This document shows, piece by piece, positions 10,016-19,878 of a DNA stretch of 64,000 bases. The notes under the pieces were generated by a model. It made no database searches, was not told the origin of the DNA, and worked only from the letters and a program-made list of their open reading frames with translations. This stretch comes from Methanotrichaceae archaeon. Lineage in GTDB: Archaea; Halobacteriota; Methanosarcinia; Methanotrichales; Methanotrichaceae. Location: positions 32,001 to 96,000 of the forward strand of contig CAWDLW010000030.1 of the NCBI GenBank assembly GCA_963803145.1, given 5' to 3'. A program made the translations under genes and the position numbers. Every line of letters begins with the position of its first letter. The stretch's first letter is position 1.

Positions 10016-10932
10016 GCTCAGATGCATTTCTGGTATTCCTATTAGCCGTTGCCTTTGATCTGATAATAGGGGAGCCTACCGCGAAAATACACCCTGTTGT
10101 TTGGATAGGCAAGCTTATTTCCTTCCTGAAAAGCCGCGCTAGGCCAACAAAGGCTGATGGCCTAATGGTTGCAATGGCAGTGATAATAACAACGGTTTTC
10201 ATAGGCCATGCAATTGTCATTGCCGCAGGACAGATCCCTATTTTCGGCGGGCTGTTTAGTACTGTAGCCGCTGCATATTTGCTAAAATCGACATTCGCTA
10301 TAAGGTGTCTTCTCCAGACATCAAATGATATAGGAAAAATGATCGATAGCAATATCGATGAGGCCAAAAGGATGCTTCCGGCTCTTGTAGGTAGAGCGAC
10401 AAAGGATCTTACATCTGCGCAGGCGGCATCTGCGGTGATCGAATCTGTCTCAGAGAACTATGTGGACACTATAATATCTCCGATATTTTATTTCCTTCTC
10501 TTCTCGCCCTTCGGCCTTGGGCTCGAGGCGGCCCTCGCATTCAAGGCGATGAGCACAATGGACAGCATGTTGGGCTACAAAACAAAGGGCCTCAAGGAGA
10601 TAGGCTACGTGCCTGCGAAGCTGGATGACATTGCCAATTATATCCCGGCAAGGCTCAGCATACTCCTTATAGCCCTTGCGAGACCATCAAGAGCTGCTGC
10701 GGCAATAGCATCTGCCCTGAGGTACCACTCTAAAACGCCCAGCCCCAATTCCGGCTGGCCTATGTCGGCATCGGCGGGCAGCTTGGGCGTTAAGCTGGAA
10801 AAGCCGGGCTTCTACGTGCTGCTTGAAAAGGGAAAAGAGGCAGCTACATCAGATATACCGGATGCCGTCAGGCTCATAGGTCGGGCATCGATCTTTGTGT
10901 TGGCAATATCTTCGCTCATACTGCTGTTGTAA
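10012..10932 (+). CDS. cbiB: Adenosylcobinamide-phosphate synthase
   Basis: DLIIGEP..IHPVVWIG, ESVSEN, TMDSMLGY, KLDDIANYIPARL, TPSPNSGWPM; start at ATG 10012. Confidence 0.93.
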   Translation: MSSDAFLVFLLAVAFDLIIGEPTAKIHPVVWIGKLISFLKSRARPTKADGLMVAMAVIITTVFIGHAIVIAAGQIPIFGGLFSTVAAAYLLKSTFAIRCLLQTSNDIGKMIDSNIDEAKRMLPALVGRATKDLTSAQAASAVIESVSENYVDTIISPIFYFLLFSPFGLGLEAALAFKAMSTMDSMLGYKTKGLKEIGYVPAKLDDIANYIPARLSILLIALARPSRAAAAIASALRYHSKTPSPNSGWPMSASAGSLGVKLEKPGFYVLLEKGKEAATSDIPDAVRLIGRASIFVLAISSLILLL

Positions 10933-11016
10933 TGTTTACCAGATCATGCTTTGGTAATGTTTTCCCGTGTTATGCCACGGTAATATTTATCCGGATCGAA
11001 GGCTGAACTACTACAG

Positions 11017-11667
11017 ATGGAGACGATGGGAGATCTGCTAGAGAAGGTCAGAGAGTTTGGATCTAAGGGCAGCCAGAAGGAGGATGCCCAGAAGCTCTTT
11101 GGCTGGAGCATTCAGGATGTTGTGACCAGGACCCCTGCGGCCGATGAGGCTTCAATCGCTATAGTCTTTGATAATGGGCTGATAATCTACGCCAGATATT
11201 TCCTCAATCTTGATCCCACTGAGTCTGAGGATAACTGCGAATTTATCCTTGGACTGAGGAATGACCTCCGGTCCCGGATAAGATATAATGTATTTTACTC
11301 GGGCTACATACACGGACAGGGATATATAAGGGTCAAGATAGCTGAAACTGATAACAGAACGGTGCAGAGGATGCTTGATGATTTATATGTCCCAGCACTC
11401 AAGAACATCTATAAACCCATAATAACTCAATTCAAGGGATTCTATTCAAAGGATTATTTCGGCGTTGAGGCGGATAATAACCACGGAGAGATTTATTACT
11501 CGCCCGTAAGATATAGAAGCGAGCATAAGGCATCAAAAATCTGGGACGTTCTCGGCCGGCTCCATGAACTCGATGCGCTCATGCGCGAAGGCAATATTAG
11601 GCATGCTCTTGCTGAGCTTGATGTGCAGATGAGCTTTCTTCCGAGCGTTATATGGTCTGACATTTAA
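11017..11667 (+). CDS. Hypothetical protein (216 aa)
   Basis: Long unopposed ORF with TATA-like TATTTATC about 30 nt upstream; no recognisable motif. Confidence 0.75.
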   Translation: METMGDLLEKVREFGSKGSQKEDAQKLFGWSIQDVVTRTPAADEASIAIVFDNGLIIYARYFLNLDPTESEDNCEFILGLRNDLRSRIRYNVFYSGYIHGQGYIRVKIAETDNRTVQRMLDDLYVPALKNIYKPIITQFKGFYSKDYFGVEADNNHGEIYYSPVRYRSEHKASKIWDVLGRLHELDALMREGNIRHALAELDVQMSFLPSVIWSDI

Positions 11668-11678
11668 TCTAAAACCAC

Positions 11679-14600
11679 CTAATTTAGGATCTCAAGCGCA
11701 CTGGGCAGATTCTCCAAAATACCCTTGTAGTCCTTTTCTTGAAGCTTAGCCTTCATAGAGACCAAAAACTTCCGTGCCTCAGGAGCAAGATTTGCTCCCT
11801 CAAAGTAATCTACAATCCGGGATATAAGCAGGCTAGCGGTATTTAAATAAACAGAATCGCTGTGACTTGTCGCCAGATGCAGAGCACGATTATAATCGTT
11901 TAAGGCTGTGTCTTTACGGCCTGTTTGAGCCTCGCAATCTGCGAGCGTAATCAATGCCCTAATGTTCAAATCCAAATAGCCCATAAGTCTCGTGTGGCGC
12001 TCCGATAGAACAGCTATCTCCTCGGCCTTTACGAGATCTTTTTGATCCAGGGCAACTGTAGCCATATCATCATAAACTAAGAGAAGATCATATACAGCAC
12101 CAATCTTGCTGAAGATCTTTGATGCGTCCTTAAGTCTGGCCTCAGATTCGGAATAATCATTCTTAAATTTGGAGATGAGGCCGATATTCCTCAAAGCTTT
12201 GGCCTCCTCATATCTGTCGCCCAGCCTTCTTGATAATGCCAAAGCCTTTTGGTAATTATTAAAAGCTTCATTATACAGCTGTTCTCCCTGGTAGAACTCA
12301 CCCCAAGCGCTATAAAGCTGAATACGCATTGGCTGATAGTTTAACCTATAAATTAAAGTCTCTGCCTTGGATAAGTAGAATTTGGACTCCAGTGATTGCT
12401 GAGAATGCAGCTTAAACCTTGCCATTGCTATGTAGCATTCGCAAAGATCAGGCATTGCGCCTAAGCTTTCAAACGATTTCATTGAACTCTGCAGAAGCCC
12501 CTCAGCATTCCCCTCCCACCCTCTCAAGCTCTGGATGGCGCTCAAGCTCATTTTTGTAAGGCCTATGCACGGCTCGGCTTCGAGCTTGCTGAAAATCTCA
12601 AGGCTCTGCTCAAGCATTTCCGCGGCCATATACCAATCGCCCTTGCCTCTATAAACTGTGGCAGCATTGAGCATCGTCTGGGCTGCGCCATATAAATCAT
12701 CTAATTCTTTGAAAAGGGCAGTGCTTTCCATAAACCTTGATATGGCCTCGTCCCATTCGTACCTATCTGCATGGGCGCTGCCTAGTGCCGCCAGCACCTC
12801 GGCCTTGCCGCTCAAATCGCCCTCGTCCTCCACATCATTCAGCTGTTTCAGATAACCATCGACGCTCGCCTTGACATCGCCCTGACCTGATTTGATCATA
12901 TCTATATCTGCCTGCATCTCTGCAGCGCCAATGGCATCTCCCTGATGTAAGCGAATTTCTAGTCCTCTTTGGAAATGCTCCATTGCAAGAGCCCATTCGC
13001 CCCTGCGGTAATAGAATGTCCCTAGATTATTCAGTACCTTAGCAATGCCATCGGAATCGTCAAAGGCTTCGAATATATCCAGGCTCTTCTGATAGCATTC
13101 CAATGCATTAGACCAATCGCCCTTTTTATAGTAAATGCTGGCTATGTTGCTTAAAACAGAAGCTGCACTGCTATCGTCTCCGATCTTTTCAAAGCACTGG
13201 AGGCTACAATTATAATGCTCGAGTGCATTGGTCCACTCGCCACGACGATAATACATGTTTCCGAGATTATTTCCTGCTACAGCCATGCTATAGTCGTCGC
13301 CTAGCCTATTCAAAATCTCCAGGCTCTCTTTATAACTGGAGATGGCCTCGTTCCAGTTCCCGTCCTCCATATAGATATTGCCCAGATTACAAAGTACTAC
13401 CGCAACGCTATAGAGGTCCCCCTTTGATCGAAATATCGCCAATGCATCACAATACTCATCGATAGCTTCCCGGTTTTTGCCTAACTTGTAGCAGAGTTCT
13501 GTAAAATTGTTCAGGGATAGGATCAGCTCGCGTACATCTTCAAGGGTTTTCTGTAACCTTATGCACTCCTCATAATAGCCTATGGCCCTCTCTAAATCTC
13601 CAGCATCGGCCAATATGATTCCCATGCCTTTCAGGGCATTTGCCTCTCCCTTCGTATCGCCTAGCTCTCGAAAGATCCTGAGACTCTCAAGGCAACATTC
13701 TTCAGCCTTTTCCATCGACCCGCTTTGGCAATAGATGCTTCCAAGATTGCCCATAGTTGTTGCAATACCGTGTCTATCCCCAAGTTTGCGTTTTGCATCC
13801 AAGCTCTGAGTGTAATATTTTATTGCCTGAAGTTCATCTCCCACATCTGCGTAGATATTCCCAAGGTTGTTTAAAACCGCAGATAAGCAATGAGAATCTC
13901 CGAGATCTTCGAAAGATTCCATTGCCTCCTTGAAGTGGCCAATGGCCTCATCCAGATCTCCTTTGAGCTGACATGTGTTGCCTAGATTTACATGAACTGT
14001 TGCAATGCCTTGGGAGTCGCCCAGTTCCTCTTTAATATTTAGGCTCTTCTGCAGGTGCTCTGCTGCAGTAGAGAAGTCTCCCTTGAGCTGGCAGATAAGG
14101 CCGAGGTTGTTCAATGTCTTTGCAATTCCTTGTCTATCGCCAAATCTCTCCTGTATCTCGAGTGTTTCGCTGTAGAGATCAACGGCCGCATCTAGATCTC
14201 CCTTTAGCTGATAGATACTTCCGAGATCTGATAATGCTTTGGCTGCACCCAAATCATCTCCGGACTCCCTCAAGAGTTCTATGGACCTCTGATAGCATTC
14301 AACAGCATTATCCCACTCGCCCATATCGAGGTAGATCAGCCCCATATTATTCAGCGCAGTCGTTATGCCGTGAAGATCATCCAGCTTCTCTTGGATCTCC
14401 AAGTTTCGGCGATAGCAGCTGATGGCATCTGTATATTGGCAAAGTTTATAGTGAATGCTACCTAGACTTGATAGCGTTCTGGCAGCGCCGCTCGAATCTC
14501 CCTGGCCCGTCTGTATATCCAAAGCCTTTTGGAAATGTGCTATTGCATTATTCCATTGTTTTATCTCAACGGATACAAGGCCCATTGAGTTCAATACTGA

Positions 14601-15533
14601 TGCGACCTCTCCAAGATCGCCTATACACTCGAGCGATGCCAAGCTCTTATGATAGTACTCCAACGCCAAGTTCCATTTTTCTGCCTGTGAGCAGAGACTA
14701 CCCAGAGTACTCCGTATCCTGGCCACGCCGGCACTATCCCCTAAATCATCAAGGTTATGGAGTGCTATCTCATAATAATCAATGGCACGATCCCATTCTC
14801 CATCAAGCTGACGAACCATGCCGAGGCTTGCGAGGACTTTTGCTGCACCCCTTTTATCTCCACAGCGCTCTATTTCATTCAAGCTCTGCTGGTAATACTC
14901 CTCCGCAGATGTTAGATCTCCCTTAAGTTGACATATCCTTCCAAGGTTACTGAGAACGTCTGCAGTGCCGGATTTATCTCCTGCATCCTCGAGTATAGCT
15001 AAACTCTCCTCATAGCATCCGAGTGCATGCCCCAGCTCTTCCAGGCGAAGATAGACGTTACCGAGGCTATTCAACACAGATGCCGCAGATAACGAATCCC
15101 CCACTGTATTTAGAGCATCTAGCTCGCGTTTATAGTATTTACAGGCGCTTTCCCAATCCTCTACCTCTGAATAGATATCGCCCAGGTTATTCAACACTCG
15201 GGCAGCATTTCTTCCGCTGCCCTCCGCCTCAGCCAACCTGAGACTCTGCTCATAATACTCAATTGCAGCCTGATTGAAGAAGAATCTGTGGGCCAAAACT
15301 CCCAAGGAAAACCAGGTTTGGAAGCTATTCTGGATTGATGCGTGTTCTGCTAGTTCCTTGAGCTTTGTATGCATGAGAGCGCCATCTGAAGATAAGGCCG
15401 CTTTAATGAAGGATGAAAGTGGATCGGGTGCATTATACGAAATGATCTTCAATTGCTCGGGCTCATAGCCCTTTGGGTTCGCCAGTACTTCGGCAAAAGC
15501 GTTAAGACCTGAGAGAACGCTATCCTCAGACAT
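11679..15533 (-). CDS. Giant tetratricopeptide-repeat protein (~40-aa TPR units, no obvious catalytic domain)
   Basis: Repeating GDxxGxAxxLxNLGxxYxxxG.W..A..YY..SL unit over nearly the whole length. Confidence 0.92.
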   Translation of the reverse strand: MSEDSVLSGLNAFAEVLANPKGYEPEQLKIISYNAPDPLSSFIKAALSSDGALMHTKLKELAEHASIQNSFQTWFSLGVLAHRFFFNQAAIEYYEQSLRLAEAEGSGRNAARVLNNLGDIYSEVEDWESACKYYKRELDALNTVGDSLSAASVLNSLGNVYLRLEELGHALGCYEESLAILEDAGDKSGTADVLSNLGRICQLKGDLTSAEEYYQQSLNEIERCGDKRGAAKVLASLGMVRQLDGEWDRAIDYYEIALHNLDDLGDSAGVARIRSTLGSLCSQAEKWNLALEYYHKSLASLECIGDLGEVASVLNSMGLVSVEIKQWNNAIAHFQKALDIQTGQGDSSGAARTLSSLGSIHYKLCQYTDAISCYRRNLEIQEKLDDLHGITTALNNMGLIYLDMGEWDNAVECYQRSIELLRESGDDLGAAKALSDLGSIYQLKGDLDAAVDLYSETLEIQERFGDRQGIAKTLNNLGLICQLKGDFSTAAEHLQKSLNIKEELGDSQGIATVHVNLGNTCQLKGDLDEAIGHFKEAMESFEDLGDSHCLSAVLNNLGNIYADVGDELQAIKYYTQSLDAKRKLGDRHGIATTMGNLGSIYCQSGSMEKAEECCLESLRIFRELGDTKGEANALKGMGIILADAGDLERAIGYYEECIRLQKTLEDVRELILSLNNFTELCYKLGKNREAIDEYCDALAIFRSKGDLYSVAVVLCNLGNIYMEDGNWNEAISSYKESLEILNRLGDDYSMAVAGNNLGNMYYRRGEWTNALEHYNCSLQCFEKIGDDSSAASVLSNIASIYYKKGDWSNALECYQKSLDIFEAFDDSDGIAKVLNNLGTFYYRRGEWALAMEHFQRGLEIRLHQGDAIGAAEMQADIDMIKSGQGDVKASVDGYLKQLNDVEDEGDLSGKAEVLAALGSAHADRYEWDEAISRFMESTALFKELDDLYGAAQTMLNAATVYRGKGDWYMAAEMLEQSLEIFSKLEAEPCIGLTKMSLSAIQSLRGWEGNAEGLLQSSMKSFESLGAMPDLCECYIAMARFKLHSQQSLESKFYLSKAETLIYRLNYQPMRIQLYSAWGEFYQGEQLYNEAFNNYQKALALSRRLGDRYEEAKALRNIGLISKFKNDYSESEARLKDASKIFSKIGAVYDLLLVYDDMATVALDQKDLVKAEEIAVLSERHTRLMGYLDLNIRALITLADCEAQTGRKDTALNDYNRALHLATSHSDSVYLNTASLLISRIVDYFEGANLAPEARKFLVSMKAKLQEKDYKGILENLPSALEILN

Positions 15534-15672
15534 CTCCCCCACCACCTAGACAGCTCGGCAGTAGATGGCGTAAAGACGTATATGGATAATTGAACGAAAA
15601 TCTGGATGAAGTCTTACTGAATAACAAGTAGCTATGAATTTCTCCCATAAAGTCAACCTTATTATCGGCCAT
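15526..15672 (-). CDS. Unlisted 48-aa ORF overlapping the TPR gene start
   Basis: MADNKVDFMGEIHSYLLFSKTSSRFSFNYPYTSLRHLLPSCLGGGGDV*; SD GAGGGG 8 nt upstream; ATGTCTGA overlap with the TPR start. Confidence 0.55.
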   Translation of the reverse strand: MADNKVDFMGEIHSYLLFSKTSSRFSFNYPYTSLRHLLPSCLGGGGDV

Positions 15673-15697
15673 CGTTTCTTCCCCTCTATTGCTGCCT

Positions 15698-15749
15698 TAG
15701 TATAGGTATACTACTTATTCCATCAGTAATAACTGTCCATGCATATAAA
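15698..15749 (-). promoter_or_regulatory. TATA box plus palindromic putative operator
   Basis: TTTATATG at 15749-15742 (minus strand); perfect inverted repeat TAGTATA-GG-TATACTA at 15698-15713. Confidence 0.45.
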
Positions 15750-15970
15750 ATCTCCGATTTATTAGGATTAAATATCATATCATACTAAAATTAATAGTGA
15801 TATTATTCATATCCAAACCAAAGCCTTTGTAGCAAATTGCGGTTGCTTTTAGACCGGTAACTTGGAGTTATAATTCGAAAGTAATAACTAAGATATACTT
15901 TGTGAAAAATGCTTATGTGGCACCTCATAGCCCAAGTCTGAGTGCAGTGGTATAAATAAAAATGATTACT

Positions 15971-15988
15971 TAGATCCCTTCGGATCTA
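15971..15988 (-). terminator. Perfect hairpin after the ferredoxin gene
   Basis: TAGATCC-CTTC-GGATCTA 8 nt past the stop; T-rich tract follows on the minus strand. Confidence 0.5.
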
Positions 15989-15996
15989 ACATTAGA

Positions 15997-16383
15997 CTAC
16001 TTCAATACCAACTTCAGGGCACGCTGTGGGCAGCCTGTGATACAAGCCCCACACTGTATGCACCTGCCTGGATCGGCAACAACCCGCCAATCATCGAACT
16101 TAAATGTTCCTGTCGGGCATACAGAAACGCAGGCTCCACAGTGTATGCACTCATCCTCGTCCTTTATGACAGGTATCTCAAGGGTGACAACCTTGACGCC
16201 CCTGCGCTCAAATGCCTCTTTGACCTCCTTGCACTTATCTTTTGGTACTTCAAGGACAATCTCACCGGTGACGGCATCTATGCTTGCCCTCTCTATATTG
16301 ACCAATGTAGAGGTCTCCAGAATTACAGAGGCTATGAGAGGCTGGCGTACGATGCCTGGAGCCACATGCAACATCAGCTTCAA
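15997..16383 (-). CDS. NIL-domain 2[4Fe-4S] ferredoxin, partner of aspartate-semialdehyde sulfurtransferase
   Basis: N-terminal NIL-like domain plus CIHCGACVSVCP and CIQCGACITGCP; directly after the DUF39-CBS gene. Confidence 0.9.
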   Translation of the reverse strand: MKLMLHVAPGIVRQPLIASVILETSTLVNIERASIDAVTGEIVLEVPKDKCKEVKEAFERRGVKVVTLEIPVIKDEDECIHCGACVSVCPTGTFKFDDWRVVADPGRCIQCGACITGCPQRALKLVLK

Positions 16384-16385
16384 CC

Positions 16386-17888
16386 CTATCGCCTCCTCGC
16401 TAAGAGCCTCGATATGTGATCGCTTGTGACCATTCCTATAACGCGATTCTCACGATCCACGACAGGCAGTGCAGAGATCCTGTGAGTATCAAGGGTCCTG
16501 GCTGCAAGCTCTATCGGCTCATCCGGTCTCGCGGAATAAACCCTGCGCGTCATTATCTCAGATATTTGCGAGACCGCTCCGTTGGCGACGGCTTTGGATA
16601 TATCCCAGGCAGTTATTATTCCTGCCAGAGTTCCCCTTTCGGAGACTACCGGCAGATGATCGAAGCTTCCTCCCACAATCAGCTTGGCAGCCTCGTTTAT
16701 ATGAATGTCCTCGCGAACTGTAACTACATCGCGACTCATGACATCCTCCACGTTCGGGAACTCCTTTGTCTGCTTCATCGGCTTGCTCGAGCCCACACGC
16801 TGCAGAGGCTCGACTGCCTGAGTAGGGATAAATTCGCCCATCTCTATTGACTTCTTCAGCAGCTCTGCGATCTCCCTGGCCATGTAATAGCTTGAAAGCG
16901 ATGATGTCGGTACCTCTTTGCCGTTCAGCTTTACTGAGCCTGATTTGAGCATCTCGTAATTTACGATGGTGACTGTGGGCCTGTCGCGACGCTGTATTCC
17001 ATAGTCAACTATCGGCACAGGTATATCGCGGTCTCTAACCGCTGTATTCTTCGCAATCCTCTCGTTCAGCACTGGTATCGGAATTCCTATCCCTAAGTAA
17101 AGGCTTGGGCCGTATCTATGAAATGTCGCTCCGCGAAGATACCTGGAGTTCATTTTTTTCAGGTCGCCGGTAACCATTAGAGTCGAAAAGTTGTTCTGAG
17201 GATTGTGCTGTGTACCTGAGCCGATGACAAACCCTTGTGCACCTGCCAGAAATATCCTTGTGCCTACCCCAATGTAATCGAAGTTTGGGTCATTGGAAAT
17301 TGGTGAAAGGATGCCTGCACCGCTGTAATGGATATTTCCGTAGCGCGGGAGAAGGGTGCCCATGTAGGTATGCATCGTCCTATCAGAGGAGTTGGTGGCT
17401 GCATTATATCTTTGATACGCATTTCTGGGGTTGACCATCATTGCCTGGTTGAAGTCCTCCAGTCGCAGGCTCGTCTCAAGCTCGAGCTGTGGATAGCAAT
17501 CGGTCCCTACACCCTCAGCCTCGACATCAATCTGCCTTCCTGCAACAAGGTCCTCTATGACGTGAGCTCCACCATATTCTATGTCGCGATCCTCAGATGG
17601 TTGAGTTGCCCCCAAAAATAGGTCTACTGCTGCCACGCCACCATATGCCTCAACTTTGTTAAGCCAGGCTCTTGAAATTTTTATAGGGGGATCGCTATGG
17701 CCTAAGTTTAGAAAAACGCCAGAGGAGCACATTGCTCCAAAGGTGCCTGTTGTTACGACATCTACCTCGCGCACTGCACCGGCTGTGCCAATTTCGTCTA
17801 CAATGTCGGGCATCTCCTCGGCTGTGACGATGCGGGCGCTGCCATTACGTATGCGCTCGTTGATCTCGGTGAGCGACTTCTCTTGCAC
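16386..17888 (-). CDS. L-aspartate semialdehyde sulfurtransferase (DUF39 + CBS pair; homocysteine biosynthesis)
   Basis: VDVVTTGTFGAMCSSG, GTDCYP, NPRNAYQRY; C-terminal CBS domains. Confidence 0.92.
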   Translation of the reverse strand: MQEKSLTEINERIRNGSARIVTAEEMPDIVDEIGTAGAVREVDVVTTGTFGAMCSSGVFLNLGHSDPPIKISRAWLNKVEAYGGVAAVDLFLGATQPSEDRDIEYGGAHVIEDLVAGRQIDVEAEGVGTDCYPQLELETSLRLEDFNQAMMVNPRNAYQRYNAATNSSDRTMHTYMGTLLPRYGNIHYSGAGILSPISNDPNFDYIGVGTRIFLAGAQGFVIGSGTQHNPQNNFSTLMVTGDLKKMNSRYLRGATFHRYGPSLYLGIGIPIPVLNERIAKNTAVRDRDIPVPIVDYGIQRRDRPTVTIVNYEMLKSGSVKLNGKEVPTSSLSSYYMAREIAELLKKSIEMGEFIPTQAVEPLQRVGSSKPMKQTKEFPNVEDVMSRDVVTVREDIHINEAAKLIVGGSFDHLPVVSERGTLAGIITAWDISKAVANGAVSQISEIMTRRVYSARPDEPIELAARTLDTHRISALPVVDRENRVIGMVTSDHISRLLARRR

Positions 17889-17977
17889 AAAGGCAATTCT
17901 TTTGGCCGATACGATAAAAAGCTATTGGGGCTCCGGCTCAACAGCATTATCACCAGAGAAGAAAAAGCTCCATCCAA

Positions 17978-19471
17978 ATGCCGGGAAAAAAGATTGTCCT
18001 GACCAGCGATACCACTATGATGAGCAGCTATCATGGCGGGGTGCTTCTGGGCTTTGCTGCCATAATGCCTAAGAAAGTCATGCCCGATTGGATATTTGAG
18101 TGGCTCTTTTGTCCGCCTGTGGACGCTGGCGCTGACGGCAGAGCGGTCTTAGCTCCCTGCGGAATGCGCAAAGTAGAGGCTGCGCTCCTTGAGTCTGGCT
18201 TTGATAGATCGGAGGTCATTGTTGCACATCCTCAGCACCTTGCTAAATCCATCGGCCCTGATACTGAGATCGTTGGCATAACGCATGATGATCCTTTGGG
18301 GAAGATCGCAGTTCGAGAGATAGAGGAGATGATAGGGCGCGGAGAGCCCCATAATAGATCCAAATTTCTCTCGCTTATCAACAACCCCATCATAAAGGAA
18401 CATAGGCCAAAGATTGTCGTAGGAGGGAACGGCGCCTGGGAGCTGATTGGGGAAAATGTTGGCGTAGATCACATCTATCTAGGTGAGGGGGAGGCAGATT
18501 TTCCTGATATATGCAGGCGCATAATAAAGGGGGAGGATGTGCCGAGGGTAATACATGGAAGCGTTGTCCCAGGCGAGATGATTCCTGTAAATCGCGGAGC
18601 AACGATCGCAGGCATCGTAGAAATCGGCAGGGGATGCTGGCGTGGCTGCTCCTTCTGCTCTCCTACTATGCGAACCTTGAGACATAGGCCGCTCGAGAGA
18701 ATATTGGAAGACGTAAAGGTAAACCTACAAAGCGGCCAGAGAGATGTGCTTCTACATTCCGAGGATGTCTTTACCTACGGCTCGAAGGGCATGGTCCCGG
18801 ATAAGGAAAAGGTAAAAAGGCTTGTAACCACAGTAAAGCGGCTCGGCCCGCGTACCATCGATGTGTCTCATCTCAGCCTGGCTACAGTTCACCAGAGCCA
18901 GGATCTTCTTAGGGATGTCTCTGAGATTGTGGGCATAGGCGCGGATCAAAGATATATGTCGGCCTGGATAGGAATTGAGACAGGAAGCTGCAGAATACTT
19001 GAGATGCATATGCCTCGCAAGGCCCTTCCCTCTGAGACCGCTATGTGGCCCGAGATCGTAAGAGACTGCTACAGCCTATTTAGCGAGGAGTCGTGGCTGC
19101 CTATAGCAAGTTTAGTTTTAGGTTTGCCGGGAGAGGAAGCTCAGGATGTCGTGAAGACAATAGAGCTTGTAGAATCGCTTAAGGATTACACCGGTCTGAT
19201 GCTGCCCCTCTTTTTCACGCCTATGTCGGAAACGAAACTCGGAGGAATAAGAGGCTTCGGACGAGATCGTGCGCTGCCGGAACACTGGGAGCTTATTGGC
19301 CTATGTCTGGAGTACAATCTTAGACACCTCAAGAGTCTGCACAGCTTCTATAGCGAGCGTATGACTGCAGGGCCTGTTATTCATGCCGCTCTTAAGTGCA
19401 TAAATATGATCGCAGATCTGGCGATGAACAAGTACATGAACAGAATGAAGCGAGGAGAGCCGCCGAACTGA
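17978..19471 (+). CDS. B12-binding-domain radical SAM protein, similar to the Grs/Gms lipid-modifying family
   Basis: RGCWRGCSFC CxxxCxxC, GIETGS; N-terminal IVLT...PPV..DGRA..AP.GMRKVEAAL and VVGGNGAWEL recalled from Grs-like proteins. Confidence 0.7.
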   Translation: MPGKKIVLTSDTTMMSSYHGGVLLGFAAIMPKKVMPDWIFEWLFCPPVDAGADGRAVLAPCGMRKVEAALLESGFDRSEVIVAHPQHLAKSIGPDTEIVGITHDDPLGKIAVREIEEMIGRGEPHNRSKFLSLINNPIIKEHRPKIVVGGNGAWELIGENVGVDHIYLGEGEADFPDICRRIIKGEDVPRVIHGSVVPGEMIPVNRGATIAGIVEIGRGCWRGCSFCSPTMRTLRHRPLERILEDVKVNLQSGQRDVLLHSEDVFTYGSKGMVPDKEKVKRLVTTVKRLGPRTIDVSHLSLATVHQSQDLLRDVSEIVGIGADQRYMSAWIGIETGSCRILEMHMPRKALPSETAMWPEIVRDCYSLFSEESWLPIASLVLGLPGEEAQDVVKTIELVESLKDYTGLMLPLFFTPMSETKLGGIRGFGRDRALPEHWELIGLCLEYNLRHLKSLHSFYSERMTAGPVIHAALKCINMIADLAMNKYMNRMKRGEPPN

Positions 19472-19537
19472 TGTTTGTATTAATATCGGCGACCAGTACC
19501 AATAGTGCTATTGATAATTTTGAGAAATTCAACAATG

Positions 19538-19840
19538 CTAATAGCTTTCCAGGACAGACCTCACTGCACCCTTATGATCGCTTTTTAGAGAATATACATT
19601 ATGGTCTCCCGAGACATCTATGCTCAGGATTCCCAGGCGGGTATTCATAAGCCCCACCATCGCAGATACACCGCGATAGCTCACATCAAAGCCTTCCTTC
19701 TCCAGGTAGGCAAAAACATCCTCGGTTGTATAAGACCCATCGCTCAAAAATAGCTTCAAAACGGCCTTTCTAATGCCTATGCCATCCCGTTTTAGGTAAT
19801 TCCTGAGCCTTTCCTGGATTCGATCTTCAGCACTCTCCAT
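19538..19840 (-). CDS. DUF2551-like winged-helix protein
   Basis: YLKRDGIGIRKAVL...VSAMVGLMNTRLGIL. Confidence 0.8.
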   Translation of the reverse strand: MESAEDRIQERLRNYLKRDGIGIRKAVLKLFLSDGSYTTEDVFAYLEKEGFDVSYRGVSAMVGLMNTRLGILSIDVSGDHNVYSLKSDHKGAVRSVLESY

Positions 19841-19878
19841 CCGGCAAAATCACCGCCTCTCAGCAATGAATCTAAGGA

